From Promethearchaeota archaeon (lineage in GTDB: Archaea; Asgardarchaeota; Lokiarchaeia; Sigyniarchaeales; SOKP01): a stretch of 64,000 nucleotides of DNA. This document shows, in pieces, positions 19,515-31,800 of this stretch (position 1 is the stretch's first letter; each line of letters opens with the position of its first letter). The DNA lies in assembly GCA_016840085.1 (NCBI GenBank), contig JAEOTA010000017.1, positions 34,411-98,410 of the forward strand, given 5' to 3'. The position numbers and the translations under genes are program-made. The notes under the pieces are model-generated. The model was not told the DNA's origin. It ran no database searches and was given only the letters and a program-made list of their open reading frames with translations.

Positions 19515-19803
19515 AATTCTTCCTTCTACTAATTCTTTTTTTCAACTATAATATTTTTAAAAACGATCATTTTATTGAAGATAACTAAGGATTTGCATAT
19601 AATATTAAGAAGGGAGTTGTATAAAAATATTAATAGTTGATTTATTAAATATTAATTTTGAAGTTATTTAAATTTGAAGTCTCTTCCCTACAGAAACGTT
19701 TAAATTTTAATTATACATAATATTAATATTATCTCTCTATTATCCGAAATCAAATCTAATTAAGAATAAAGATATATTATAACAGAAAAATGGTGTTTGT
19801 TAA

Positions 19804-20310
19804 ATGTCTCAAGTTATTGAAACAATAAAAGATAAACCAGATGATATTTACAATTTTTTTAATGTATTTGTCGATACCCTTACAGAACAAACTATGTGGT
19901 CGCAAGGCACTAAAATGGAAATCTTAGAGATTGGGCCTCGTGAGAAATTATGGTCGAGTTTTCTGTTAGTACCTATGGCGAATGCTCAATTTAGTTTTAC
20001 TGTAGCTTTTGAACTTTCTGGTGATATTATTGAGGTGATGTATGATTATAAATTAGAATTTTTGTTGAAAAGAATACCAATGAAGAAGTGGTTGATGAAA
20101 GTGATTAGAAAGAATGTTAATCCAACAATAGCTTCTTTAATAATCAAGAGTCTGAGAGAAGCTAAAAAGAAAATAAAAGAAGAACTAACTTCTGAAGTAG
20201 TTAAATCTGTTTCCACTGATGATCCCCTTAAAATACTGAAAATGAAAATGATTAATGGTGAAATTTCTGAAGAAGAATACCTTCGTAAAAAGAAGTTATT
20301 AGAAGATTAA
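19804..20310 (+). CDS. SHOCT domain protein
   Basis: C-terminal DPLKILKMKMINGEISEEEYLRKKKLL. Confidence 0.8.
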   Translation: MSQVIETIKDKPDDIYNFFNVFVDTLTEQTMWSQGTKMEILEIGPREKLWSSFLLVPMANAQFSFTVAFELSGDIIEVMYDYKLEFLLKRIPMKKWLMKVIRKNVNPTIASLIIKSLREAKKKIKEELTSEVVKSVSTDDPLKILKMKMINGEISEEEYLRKKKLLED

Positions 20311-20696
20311 GTCAAAATATTATCATTATAGAGACAATTTTTATCCACCTCTTAATCTCATTTAGTTCTCATGAGAATTTTCCCGAAATTTATCCTTAAT
20401 ATTTGAATTTCTTTTTTTTAGAACATTTAAGACTTGTCAAAGAGAAAATCATGCGAGTTTCAATCTTTTTGGTATATTTCTGGTTGAGTTAGACTTATAT
20501 TTTATAATAGAATAAATTTTTTTAGCATAATTATTGAGGAAGTCAATATTTCTAATGAAGTAGAACCTTAACTTTTTAAAAATTTGTAGCATTATTTCTC
20601 TCAAAAAGTTTATTTTCTCATTCCAATATTATAAGTTTAGAAAATCATTACAAATTTTTCAGAAAAATACCAGAATTGAATTTGGAGAGAGTACAC

Positions 20697-21875
20697 ATGC
20701 CTAAAGCACCAATCATAAAAAAAAATGAAGAAATGGAAGAATATGAAGAAGAAACAGGAAAACTTGCAATATGGAAAGGTGAACTAAGTAAGCACTTTGA
20801 AAAGTGGAAAAAACAAAAGGAAAAGGATGAAATAAAAAAACAAAAGGAAGAGATTCTTTCTCAATCTCGGGTAGAGAAGAGAAAGATGAAAAAAGAGATT
20901 AGGGAAGATAAAGTTGCTGGGAAGGATTATGATCATTTGATTATGGCCGAAAATCTCCATAAAACCTATCTCCTTGGTACAACAGCAGTAGCAGCGTTAA
21001 GAGGAGTGGACTTAACAATAGATACAGGAAATTTCGTTGATATTATGGGTCCATCTGGTTCTGGAAAAACAACTTTACTCAATTTAATTGGAGGACTTGA
21101 TACCCCAACAAGAGGAAAAGTCTTTCTAGAAGGCTCTAATATAAGTATGTTGTCAGATAATGATCTAGCGGAGATTAGAAGAGAGAGAATTGGATTTGTT
21201 TTTCAATTCTATAATCTACTTCCCCAAATGACAGCAATGGAAAATGTTATGGTACCTTTACATTTTTCCGGAAAATTAAGTCGTCGAGGAAAAAGAAAAA
21301 GAGCAATGGATCTCTTAAGATTAGTAGAATTAGATGAAAGAGCGCATCACACACCTTCAGAATTAAGTGGAGGCGAACAACAAAGAGTTGCTATTGCGAG
21401 AGCCTTTGCTAATGATCCTGCTATATGTGTATTAGATGAGCCAACAGGGGACTTAGACAGTAAAACAGGTGTTATGATTTTAAATCTTATAAGAGATTTA
21501 AATAGGAGAGGTGCTACTTTTGTTGCAGTCAGTCACGATGCTGCTGTTTCAGAATTTGCTTCTAGAGTCTTCCATATGAGAGATGGGAAGCTTACTCATG
21601 AAGGAAAAGTTGCTGGTTTAAAAGAAACCGAGATCATGCAACTTAAGAGGCAACAAGAAACTGAAATTAATAAAGAAAAGTGCAAAAGCAAAATTTTTCA
21701 ATATTTATATGCAAATCAAGGTAAAACTGAGATTAGTGTAGTTGATATAAAGAATAGTGTCCCCGACTCGATAATATTGAACTTACCAGAGCATTTCAAT
21801 GATATATTACAGGAATTAATAGATGATAATAATATTTATGCTAAAATCGAAGGAAATTTATTAATTTTACAATAG
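20697..21875 (+). CDS. MacB/LolD-type ABC ATPase with N- and C-terminal extensions
   Basis: GPSGSGKTT, IGFVFQFYNL, LSGGEQQRV, LDEPTGDLD, SHD. Confidence 0.95.
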   Translation: MPKAPIIKKNEEMEEYEEETGKLAIWKGELSKHFEKWKKQKEKDEIKKQKEEILSQSRVEKRKMKKEIREDKVAGKDYDHLIMAENLHKTYLLGTTAVAALRGVDLTIDTGNFVDIMGPSGSGKTTLLNLIGGLDTPTRGKVFLEGSNISMLSDNDLAEIRRERIGFVFQFYNLLPQMTAMENVMVPLHFSGKLSRRGKRKRAMDLLRLVELDERAHHTPSELSGGEQQRVAIARAFANDPAICVLDEPTGDLDSKTGVMILNLIRDLNRRGATFVAVSHDAAVSEFASRVFHMRDGKLTHEGKVAGLKETEIMQLKRQQETEINKEKCKSKIFQYLYANQGKTEISVVDIKNSVPDSIILNLPEHFNDILQELIDDNNIYAKIEGNLLILQ

Positions 21876-21884
21876 ATTGATTAA

Positions 21885-24800
21885 ATGACCCATTTCAAAT
21901 TAATATTAAAATATGCATTTTTAGATTTAAAGAAACAAAAGATAAGAACCCTTTTGGCAATTTTTGGGATGTTGATTTCCATAGGGCTTCTAACAACAGT
22001 TTTATTTTTAAGTGATTCCATCTCTTCAAGTTACGTAGATTACCTTACAATAGATTCAGGAAATCAAGATGCTGTAATTTCTGTAAGGCATTATAATGGA
22101 GAACCAGATAACCGGTCATCTTATTTTAAGTATCAACCTATTGTTAAAGCAATCCAAAATACAACGGATGCTTTTGAAGATTTCATACCTAGAATGGAAC
22201 TATATGGAATGGTAAAAGTTTCAGAAGATTTTCACACAACAGCTCTCACAGGTGAAGATGAATGGAGTACGATCTCTGCGATTAATTTCTCTTTAGAAAA
22301 TGATATAAAGTTTGGCTCTTTTATTGATCCTTTAAACAATGAAATACTAAATTTGGATGAATTACCAACAAATCATTGCGCAATCTATTATGGGTTCAAT
22401 AATGTTATAAAATACGCTAAGAATGACAAAATAGAAATCGAAATGAGATTAAGACATGGAAATAGAACTATTAATATAATAAAAAATCTGACTATTGATG
22501 CAATCTTTGATTTCAATTTAAAATGGCCAAATGATTATCATAATAGACATCTTATTATCGTTGATATTAATACGCTTTACGAATTATTTGAATATAAAAA
22601 TTTTACTGGACGATGTAATAAATTAATACTTACATTGAAAGAGAGTCATGAGCTTTATGATATCAGAAATTTTGAAGGAACAAAAACGATTATAAAAGAA
22701 ATTGCTGGTGATGTTCAAGTTGCATTAGGAATTCAAGAGTACAATATAGATTTACCAAAATTACGAATATTAGGGTATTCTGAGTTTTTGAGTGTCTTTA
22801 TTGTTGTTATTTTTGTTTTTGTATCAATTATAGCTATGCTTATCTCTGGTGTATTGATAAATGGAATATTAAAGACGTCCGTTGAAGAAAGAATTAGAGA
22901 ATTTGGTATATTTAGAACATTAGGGACTAATAAGAAATATAATTTATACATTGTCTTAATGCAGGGCTTTTTATTATGCAATTTTGGAACGATTTCTGGA
23001 ATAATATCGGCAGATCTTATAACCAGGTTTATAATTATACCGTTTGCGAATAGAGTAATTAGTACTAGCGGAATTGGTTTTACGAATCTTATTTTTTCTT
23101 TTACATTTTGGTCTGTAATATTGTCCTATATTATAGGTGTAAGTGTTGGAATGGTTGTTAGCATTTCTCCTGCTGTGAAAGTGATGCGACTTCAATTAGT
23201 TGAATCAATACATCCATATCGCCATGAAGACACACTATACCATTTACGGAAAAAATCTACAGTTAATTATAAATTAATTTTAATTGGGCTTATCTTAGTA
23301 ATCAATGGGGGATTTATCTTTTTTGTTATCCCTAGAATTATGATTGCAGGAGATATAGCTTTATTTGCAGGAACTCTTATAGCAATTTTATTAATTTTTA
23401 ATATTGGATTAACTCTTGCTGGATTAGGTTTAATCCCTCTCATTTTAAGAATTATTATCGGGTTATTTAGGCCTATAGCAGGACGTCTTCATAATGTTAT
23501 CAAGATTTTTGTATTTCGTTATCAGAGGAGAAACTCAAGCACGGTTATGATATTTGCATTATCTTTTTCATTTGTTATTTTCACTTCTACTGTGATTAAT
23601 ACTATATCAGCACAATCAACAGCTATGACCAAATTATCATATGGGTCTGATTTAGTTATTGAAACATCAGGTTGGAAGGAACAAGAAAGAACTTTTCAAG
23701 GAGGATTTGGTGGTGGTTTTATGTCTATTAGTTCTACTGATTCTCAAGATAAGTTATTAAGTAATTTGGAAGCTCAAAAAATGGATATTCTTGATTCTTC
23801 TATTAATCCAAATGAAATTATGACAATTGAATTTGAAGAAGAACTACTCTCCATTGACGGAATCGAAAAAGTATCTTCAGTCTTAGCTAAACCATTTCAA
23901 TTAACTCAAATATATTCAGAAGCAGAAAAAGAATTTAGTGCAGAAATAGGTGATTATGCGGGAGTAAGCACGCAGGAGATAACATTAATTGGTATTGATG
24001 AAGAATATTTATTCACTGTGAAAAATCAATTTATTGAAATGACCTCCGGCTATGTTGAATACTCATTTAATCATTTATTCAATAATGAAGAATATTATAC
24101 TTGTATTATTTCTGAAGCTATCTCAATTGCATTTGATTTAAAGCTAAATGATAAAATCCGGATTGTGATTCATAGAGGCGATGAATTGGAAGTTTACCCT
24201 TTTAAAATTGTTGGAACGGCTAAAAGCATGCCTGGATTTAGTAGAGAATTCGGAGCCTCAAGTGCAGAAGCCACAAGAGGTGGGGTTCTAATATCTCAAG
24301 AAACCTATATTGAGATCATGGATATCCCTCCAGTTCCATACTTAGATAGAATTTTTGTCAAGCTTCGGGAAGACAAAGCTACTTCTGCTTTTAATATTGT
24401 AACTTTTATAAATGATAATTATCGCAAGGATTACAATTTTGAATTACACAATCTCGTAAGAAGTGTAGCACAGCAGCAATCCTCATTCTTTGTATTAGAT
24501 ACACTTTTTACTCTAATAGCATTAACTACAGTATTCATTTGTATTTTTGGTTTATTATCTTCATCGTATTCAACTATTATTGAGAGAAAAAAAGAAATTG
24601 GAATTGTGAGAACCTTGGGTTTAAAGGGTAAAGAGATAAATCGCTTATTTATAATTGAGGCTTTGATTGTTATGATTAGTAGTGGAATAATTGGGATCAT
24701 CATTGGTTGGCTTTCGGCTTGGATTGTGACTTCAAACCTGAGTACAATGATTGGTATGCCCAATGTGATATATATTCCCTGGTTTAATATGATTTTAATC

Positions 24801-24899
24801 TTTTCAGTTTCAATAATGATGATATTAATAGGGATGAGGATGCTTTTAAGGAAAGCTCGAAAAAAGAAAATAGTTGAAATTTATAGAGAGACTATGTAA
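21885..24899 (+). CDS. Fused double FtsX/MacB-type ABC permease
   Basis: RTLLAIFG TM1, large extracellular domains, two ERxxE(F/I)GxxRTLG motifs. Confidence 0.9.
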   Translation: MTHFKLILKYAFLDLKKQKIRTLLAIFGMLISIGLLTTVLFLSDSISSSYVDYLTIDSGNQDAVISVRHYNGEPDNRSSYFKYQPIVKAIQNTTDAFEDFIPRMELYGMVKVSEDFHTTALTGEDEWSTISAINFSLENDIKFGSFIDPLNNEILNLDELPTNHCAIYYGFNNVIKYAKNDKIEIEMRLRHGNRTINIIKNLTIDAIFDFNLKWPNDYHNRHLIIVDINTLYELFEYKNFTGRCNKLILTLKESHELYDIRNFEGTKTIIKEIAGDVQVALGIQEYNIDLPKLRILGYSEFLSVFIVVIFVFVSIIAMLISGVLINGILKTSVEERIREFGIFRTLGTNKKYNLYIVLMQGFLLCNFGTISGIISADLITRFIIIPFANRVISTSGIGFTNLIFSFTFWSVILSYIIGVSVGMVVSISPAVKVMRLQLVESIHPYRHEDTLYHLRKKSTVNYKLILIGLILVINGGFIFFVIPRIMIAGDIALFAGTLIAILLIFNIGLTLAGLGLIPLILRIIIGLFRPIAGRLHNVIKIFVFRYQRRNSSTVMIFALSFSFVIFTSTVINTISAQSTAMTKLSYGSDLVIETSGWKEQERTFQGGFGGGFMSISSTDSQDKLLSNLEAQKMDILDSSINPNEIMTIEFEEELLSIDGIEKVSSVLAKPFQLTQIYSEAEKEFSAEIGDYAGVSTQEITLIGIDEEYLFTVKNQFIEMTSGYVEYSFNHLFNNEEYYTCIISEAISIAFDLKLNDKIRIVIHRGDELEVYPFKIVGTAKSMPGFSREFGASSAEATRGGVLISQETYIEIMDIPPVPYLDRIFVKLREDKATSAFNIVTFINDNYRKDYNFELHNLVRSVAQQQSSFFVLDTLFTLIALTTVFICIFGLLSSSYSTIIERKKEIGIVRTLGLKGKEINRLFIIEALIVMISSGIIGIIIGWLSAWIVTSNLSTMIGMPNVIYIPWFNMILIFSVSIMMILIGMRMLLRKARKKKIVEIYRETM

Positions 24900-24933
24900 G
24901 ATTGAGGTTTTTAAGTTGAAAGGAGTAAAAAAT

Positions 24934-27900
24934 TTGAAAAATAATAAAAAAATTTTTCTCGGTTTTATTATTTTAATGGTATTTATATATCCTTTCAATT
25001 TGTCTTTTAATAGGTTGATTCTTGATTATCATTCAAAAAGCCTAAATATAAATAACGACGAAGATTATGAAATGAACAATTTAAAAAGCTCTGACATAGC
25101 TGGAACAGACCTTTATGCAGAACAAATTAATGCTTATGTAGCAGGTAATAAGTCGTTAATAAAGCAATCGTTATTTACAAATGATACAAATATTTTTTCA
25201 CAATTTGATACTAATGATCCTGCTTTTTATAAATGTAATATACTCATTAGTGCATCTAATAAAATAAATCATGGTATTTTTCCAAAAATTTTAACTGAGA
25301 GTGATCTGTCTTCTCAATATTTACTAGGCTTCAATAGTTTTGTTGGATTCCTTTATTATGATGATGAATTAACTCCTGAAAATGCCAAATCAAGGTCAGA
25401 AAGGGCACTTGAAATTATTAGAAGTAAATTTCAAATTGATCTTATTATGGTAAATACATCTGAATCAAATTTTTTTCCTTTTGTAGGATATTACCCAGAT
25501 TGGGAAATTTATCTTCAAGAACTTACACATAACCTTCCGATGGATGGATATTGGAAAGCATTAGATATAAATCGTCTAATAAGTGAAAATTATCTTAAAA
25601 AACATCATTTTTCATCAACATTTATGGTTATTAACTCCTTAGATTTTTTTGAAGAGGATTTTAACATTACTACTGATCAATTAAATTTCAATTTTAATAC
25701 TCTTGACTTATCTTTTTTAGAAAATTTAGAAATAGGAGAATTAACTGAGCAGCTTAATAATACATTAGAAAATTTAGAAGATATTGTCAACACATCAGTT
25801 TCAGAAGAAGAATTAATGCAATTCATTGAAATTTTAGGTTCTTTCAGTTTAAAAAATGACTCTCATTATACAACTTTCATGATTCAGTATGAAGGTTTGA
25901 ATGAAGGCATAAGAAGAATTGGAGAAAATCAGTACCAATTTAGTTTATGGGACGCTTTAGGTTATGAAGGAGATCCTTTAACTCCAAGTGAAAAAATTTA
26001 TATTGCTTTAGTAGGTGCTTTTATGAGCGATATTGAAATAAATATTTTATGTACAGATATTATTGATGCTACACCAATCAATTTTGAGTTTTATGATTAT
26101 CTTTTAGAACAAATAGGTTTGATATTTTACCTTGCGGGAGCTGAATTTGATGTTCAAACACTAAAAGATTACTCATTTGATTTATTCTGGGTTGATGATG
26201 AGGGAATTAAACGTTCCTATATAAGACCAGTAAATTTAAACGATCCAAATGATATAATTAATCTTTTACAACTATTAGGTTTTCAAGGATTACCATATAT
26301 CCCAACGGGCATTGTAAATCCATTTGAAGAGTTTACAGTTACCTATAATATATCTTATTCAGAGCCCAATATATTAGTCAAAAAAGAATTGATTGGAGAA
26401 AATGCTTCATATGGAGCATATCGAAATTTTTCTTACAATATTTCTGCTAAAAATGTTGGAAATATAACTGCTTGGGGGGTACCCACTTCTCTTCCTATAG
26501 AACTTGATTATTTCTTCTCAATAGTAAGTCCACTTTTCTCAGAAGATCTTAAAAATGAGATGTGGAAGGCTATAAATATCGAATATCCAGATCAGTATGA
26601 GTCATTGGAGGATTTTTTCAATTTTGATGAAGATCCTCGTATTTTTTATTTTGATTCATATGGTACAGGAATTTTTGATACTTTTTATCCAAATTATCTA
26701 AATATTATAAATTTATGGCCCTACAATGAAGATGTTGATAAGATTATCGATATAGTCTATACCGCTAATCCAGGATATTTTATATTACTTCCTAATACGG
26801 TTAAAGAGTTATTTATGAATGAAAATAGTATTTGGAATGACAATAATTGGAAATTAGATCCTGGAGAGATCATATCCTATCGAATTGATAATTTTTCTAT
26901 TTCAAATTTAGATAGCTTTTTTCCTTTTTATAGAAATAACTTTTCAATTGAAACTTCTCCAGAAACACCTGAAATTGTATCAGGGATCTCTCTTTATGAA
27001 ACTTTGCCTGAGATGGCATTAGCAACTGATAATGAAAATTGGACTGTAGGTTCAGTTGAAAAATTCCTAGAACAAAGAATAGAGATCAATTTCATTTTCA
27101 AAAATAAAACTAAAATAGATTTTATTAATAATTCTCTAGAAAGGGTATCGATAATCATCAATTTCTCTGCTCCAGAAAATTTAGAGACGTTAAATTTTGA
27201 GATTTTTGATTTTGAAAGTGAAGAATTCCATGATATGAACCCCTATTTAAGTTCTATTGAAAACAATACTTGGAAATTTTCAATAATAAATAATAATGAA
27301 AGTTTAAATTGGTTATTTTATCCTAATGATCCAGAAAATTATATATCTCTCTTTAAAATATATTGTAGCGATTCAGAGCAATTTAATGTTTCAATTGATG
27401 ATTTGGATATAGAATTTTCAACAAGAGATATTAATATTAATGACGATCCAGGTTCCCGAGTTATATATAGTTCAATATCTGGAAATATAGAATTTGAAAG
27501 AAGAAGTAATTCAATCCCTTTAAGTACATTTGATATGGCTTCAATCGTAGCTACAGCTAATTTAACTCGTTATAATTCGAGAGACGGAGAACTCAATATG
27601 TATATACTAAAACTGAAAAATATTGGTTCAGATACAGCGAAAAATATTAATATCACCGCGACTATTCCAGGGATTATTAATAATCCTAACAGTTTTACCC
27701 TTAAACAAAATAAACTGACATGTTTTTTATCAAATCTTGCGCCATCTGAAGAAATAACGTTAAACTTTTCATTTTTTACTCCAAATACAAGATCAATTAG
27801 GGATCTTTCAATTTCTTATGATAATCCTGAATATATTCAAGGAGGGAATACATCCAAGATAATAACTTTGCCTAATGAAGTTTATGTCTCAGCACCAATA

Positions 27901-28845
27901 GATTATGAGAAAAGATATCCATTTATTAAAACTATTGAAATATATTATAATAATAATTCAAATTCAGAAGCAGAAGATGCTCCAGCAATAGGTGCTATCT
28001 TTAACTTATCAATTAATATAAAGAATAGAGGGCCTATTGGATTTAGCCTTTCTGATCTTAAGTTTTCTATGAATGATCAGTTTGGTGATCTCAAAAGAGT
28101 TGAAAATAAAACGTTATTTTGCCAAAATATTGCCTATAACGACACAAGTACTTTTAATATTACTTTAAAGAAATTTGGCTGGAAAGGATATTATTATCCC
28201 CCAATCAATTTTTTCGAAGGGTCTGAAGGGAATACAATTCAAATTTATAGCTCCACATCAAAGATATTAGGCAAAATTGGCTTTTCGTTAACTAAACGGG
28301 TAGATAAAGAACAAGTAGAAATCGGGGAAAAGATCATAGTGACAATTGAAGTAGAAAATACAGGAACGATTAGTGTAAATGAGGCTCGAATAAATGATAT
28401 GATAAGTTATTCACAATCAGAATTCTCATTAGTTCAAGGAAATTTGGTAAATATAACTTCTGCGTTAGCACCAGGAGAAAAAATTTCCTTTAATTATATT
28501 ATTAAAGCGAAAAAACAAGCTCTTGTAAGTTTACAACCAGCATCTATATCGTATTATTATCTACTAAAAAGAGAAGAAATTTCGAATATAATTAATATAA
28601 AAATTATAACTACTCAATTCTATCAATTATTATATATTATTCTTCCATGTTTTGCAGTAATTTTTATACTGGGTTTGTACTTTTGGGAAATAAATAAGTA
28701 TAAACTGAAAAAGGATGAATTTGAACGCACAGAGATGCATATTTTTGATATGAGTTCAAGAGAGTCGATTTTAAGAAGAGAACATACATTAAGAGAAAGA
28801 TTGAGGAACATATCAAAAGAATTCAACAATGAGGGAGATGATTAA
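24934..28845 (+). CDS. Large secreted, C-terminally anchored surface protein with DUF11/BatD/CARDB-like Ig domains
   Basis: Signal-like N-terminus (TTG start after AGGAG); repeated (A/L/V)xNxG..LxPGE Ig motifs; many NxS/T sequons; C-terminal TM helix and charged tail. Confidence 0.75.
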   Translation: MKNNKKIFLGFIILMVFIYPFNLSFNRLILDYHSKSLNINNDEDYEMNNLKSSDIAGTDLYAEQINAYVAGNKSLIKQSLFTNDTNIFSQFDTNDPAFYKCNILISASNKINHGIFPKILTESDLSSQYLLGFNSFVGFLYYDDELTPENAKSRSERALEIIRSKFQIDLIMVNTSESNFFPFVGYYPDWEIYLQELTHNLPMDGYWKALDINRLISENYLKKHHFSSTFMVINSLDFFEEDFNITTDQLNFNFNTLDLSFLENLEIGELTEQLNNTLENLEDIVNTSVSEEELMQFIEILGSFSLKNDSHYTTFMIQYEGLNEGIRRIGENQYQFSLWDALGYEGDPLTPSEKIYIALVGAFMSDIEINILCTDIIDATPINFEFYDYLLEQIGLIFYLAGAEFDVQTLKDYSFDLFWVDDEGIKRSYIRPVNLNDPNDIINLLQLLGFQGLPYIPTGIVNPFEEFTVTYNISYSEPNILVKKELIGENASYGAYRNFSYNISAKNVGNITAWGVPTSLPIELDYFFSIVSPLFSEDLKNEMWKAINIEYPDQYESLEDFFNFDEDPRIFYFDSYGTGIFDTFYPNYLNIINLWPYNEDVDKIIDIVYTANPGYFILLPNTVKELFMNENSIWNDNNWKLDPGEIISYRIDNFSISNLDSFFPFYRNNFSIETSPETPEIVSGISLYETLPEMALATDNENWTVGSVEKFLEQRIEINFIFKNKTKIDFINNSLERVSIIINFSAPENLETLNFEIFDFESEEFHDMNPYLSSIENNTWKFSIINNNESLNWLFYPNDPENYISLFKIYCSDSEQFNVSIDDLDIEFSTRDININDDPGSRVIYSSISGNIEFERRSNSIPLSTFDMASIVATANLTRYNSRDGELNMYILKLKNIGSDTAKNINITATIPGIINNPNSFTLKQNKLTCFLSNLAPSEEITLNFSFFTPNTRSIRDLSISYDNPEYIQGGNTSKIITLPNEVYVSAPIDYEKRYPFIKTIEIYYNNNSNSEAEDAPAIGAIFNLSINIKNRGPIGFSLSDLKFSMNDQFGDLKRVENKTLFCQNIAYNDTSTFNITLKKFGWKGYYYPPINFFEGSEGNTIQIYSSTSKILGKIGFSLTKRVDKEQVEIGEKIIVTIEVENTGTISVNEARINDMISYSQSEFSLVQGNLVNITSALAPGEKISFNYIIKAKKQALVSLQPASISYYYLLKREEISNIINIKIITTQFYQLLYIILPCFAVIFILGLYFWEINKYKLKKDEFERTEMHIFDMSSRESILRREHTLRERLRNISKEFNNEGDD

Positions 28846-28846
28846 A

Positions 28847-31800
28847 ATGATAAAAAGGAAAATTAAAATTATATTTCTATTCCTTAGTATACTTCTTTCT
28901 TATTTATGCTTCTCAATTATTTATTTGGATTCTTCTTTTTCTTCAGCCGAAATTTTGAACAATGATTTGAATGATGTAAATCTTAAATTTTCAGATGATT
29001 CTCAAGAAAATGTTATAGTGTTTTTTAACAGTTCTTTTTACGATCCCAATGTTATCTCTGATTTTGAATCTTATGGAGGTTTTGTGAAGGTAGAATGGAA
29101 GAATGTTTTTTCTTCATTTTCAGGTTTTGCTGGTAACATTCCAGAAGAAAACATATCTACTTTTCAGAATAATTATCCAGAAGCTACAATAGAAACTGAT
29201 GAGATATTAGAAACTCAAATGAATTATGCTTCCATTCAAACAGGTGGTTTTAATTCAACTTGGTATTTAGAGGGGTTTAAAGGCAATAATAATTGTTCTA
29301 TAGCTGTATTAGACACTGGGATTAATCCAACTCATGATTTCTTTCCAAATGGTTATATTCCGTCAGATTTAAACGGAAGTATAGTTGGTTGGGAAAATTT
29401 TGTGAATAGTCAATCCATCTATGATGATAATGGGCACGGTACTTTTATATCTTCTGTAATCTCAGGAACTGGCACGGATTCTTATGATTCAAATGACCAT
29501 TCAAAAGTTAAAATACAAGAGAATTATACACATACCGAATTATTTGAGGATTATTCCCCTTCCAAAAATTACTCATTAAAAATATTCACATTTAATGCTT
29601 CAAAGTCAAATTCAAATACCCTCATTAATTCTTCATGGAACTGTAAAACAGGCGGAATAGATGATTTTTGGTTCGAATTGTATTATGACAACGGGTTAGT
29701 AAACTATTCAAATAATAAAGTGCAAAATAAGTATTTTTTTATTAATCATACGTTTACTCCAGATAAATTAGGTATTTATGATTTATATCTAAAATACCAT
29801 AAGCAATTACAAAGCGACCCGTCATTCTCATTTAATGTTACAATATCTTATTATCCTGAGTTTTATATCGAAAACTACACTCATTTTACCGGAATTGCAA
29901 ATGGGTCCAAAATAGTGGCTTATAAAATACTTAATCACTCTGGAATTGGATATTCATCTGACTTAATATCTGCTTTAATTAGTATTAGCTTGAATCGAAG
30001 TAAATATCATATTATTAGTGCTTGCTTAAGCATTGGGACAATAGGAGATGATGTGAATGCAATTAATACTGTTATAAACGGTGTTATAAATAATGGAACC
30101 TTGATTGTTATTGCCGCAGGAAATTCTGGTGTTGAAATATCAGACTCACTAAATAAATTGGCTCAAAATAAAAATGCAATAGTAGTAGGGGCTATTAATG
30201 ATGATGATCAAGTTACGTCCTATAGTAGTATGGGTAAAGAATTTGGAAATGTTCTTAAACCCGATATTGTTGCCCCTGGGGGAAGTAAAATTGGAGGGCA
30301 TCGCACAATAACTTCGTCGAGTTTAGAATCAGATAAAGTGACATCTACTTATGGGACCTCAATTGCTACTGCCATAGTCTCTGCAGCAGTAAATATACTA
30401 ATTGAAGCAAAATGGGATAATTGGAATCAATGGGACAATCTTAATCTTACACAATGGGTGAAATATATTAAAGCAGTTTTATTAATGACTGCTTCGGAAA
30501 CTAATCTTGAGAGAGAAGATGATCCCTCAACAAGCAAAGATGAAAGCATTGAGTCTCCAGAGCTATCATCAGCTCCTTTAACATTTGGTATAAAAGATAT
30601 ACATGAGGGTTATGGAAGGTTGAACATTCAAGCAGCAATTGATGCATTGACAAAAAGGATGTATGTCAATATCTCTGAAAGTAGTAATTTGATAAGTTCT
30701 CAGGAAAATCCTCTTGGGCCTCATGTATTTTCTCGTCAAATTAAATTAACAAAAAATAAGCAATATTTATTTAATTTAACAATCGCAGAAAATGATGCCG
30801 ATTTTGATGTATTCTTGTTTTCTAATGAATCAAATCAATATGGAGAACCTATTTTATTGGAATCTTCAAGAAAATGGTATGATAATTTTAATTATTTCTA
30901 CTTTACACCCAAAGAGAATCAAACTGATTGTATTATAACAGTAAAAGCAGTTGAGGGAAATAGTATATTCACTCTGAATGTCTCACCTGTCGAAAATAAA
31001 TGCAAACCTGAATTAAAAGTTCCTGAAATAGAATATTTTGGGGGTTCAAAAAATACAACAATAATGAGTGAACAAGAGTTTATGGGCAATAATCCACAAA
31101 AGAATTACAGTATCGATAGTTATAGATTCTATATTGAATATTATGATAATGATACTACAAATGTTCCACCTCAAGAAATTTATGTAGTAATTTTAGGCAT
31201 TTCGAAAAATTACACATTATATCAGCCCGATTATAATTTCACTTTTCCGCCAGATAATAATTTTACAGATGGAGCTCTATTTATAAGTGATTATATTCAA
31301 TTTCCTCATACTAGAATATATCAATACTATTTTATTGGGAGTGATGGTAAAAATCGTACGCGATTTCCGAATACAGGATTTTTAAATATATCAATTGAAT
31401 TTCCTACTGATAGTATTCAATTCCCTCATTATCATAGCTTTAATGAAGGGCTTGATAATTGGGGATATACAGGTACAGGGTGGGGGTTATTACAACAATC
31501 TAATATCAATGATGATAGATCAATAATATATCAGGATTCTTGGAATTCTATATATTTTGGGATATATCATGATTATCCGACAAATTATACATACCAACCG
31601 ATTAAATTAACTGAAGACCCTTTTCCAAATGGTACTCTAACAAGCCCTCTATTTAATTTAACAAAACTTAATGAAAATACTACACAACCTTTTGCTAATT
31701 TTGGTTTGAGAACAAGTATCAATGATGGAGATCTCATATTTTTACAAATAAATTTAAATTGGACGGGATGGTTTCCAATAAGAACCTACACCAATGAAGA

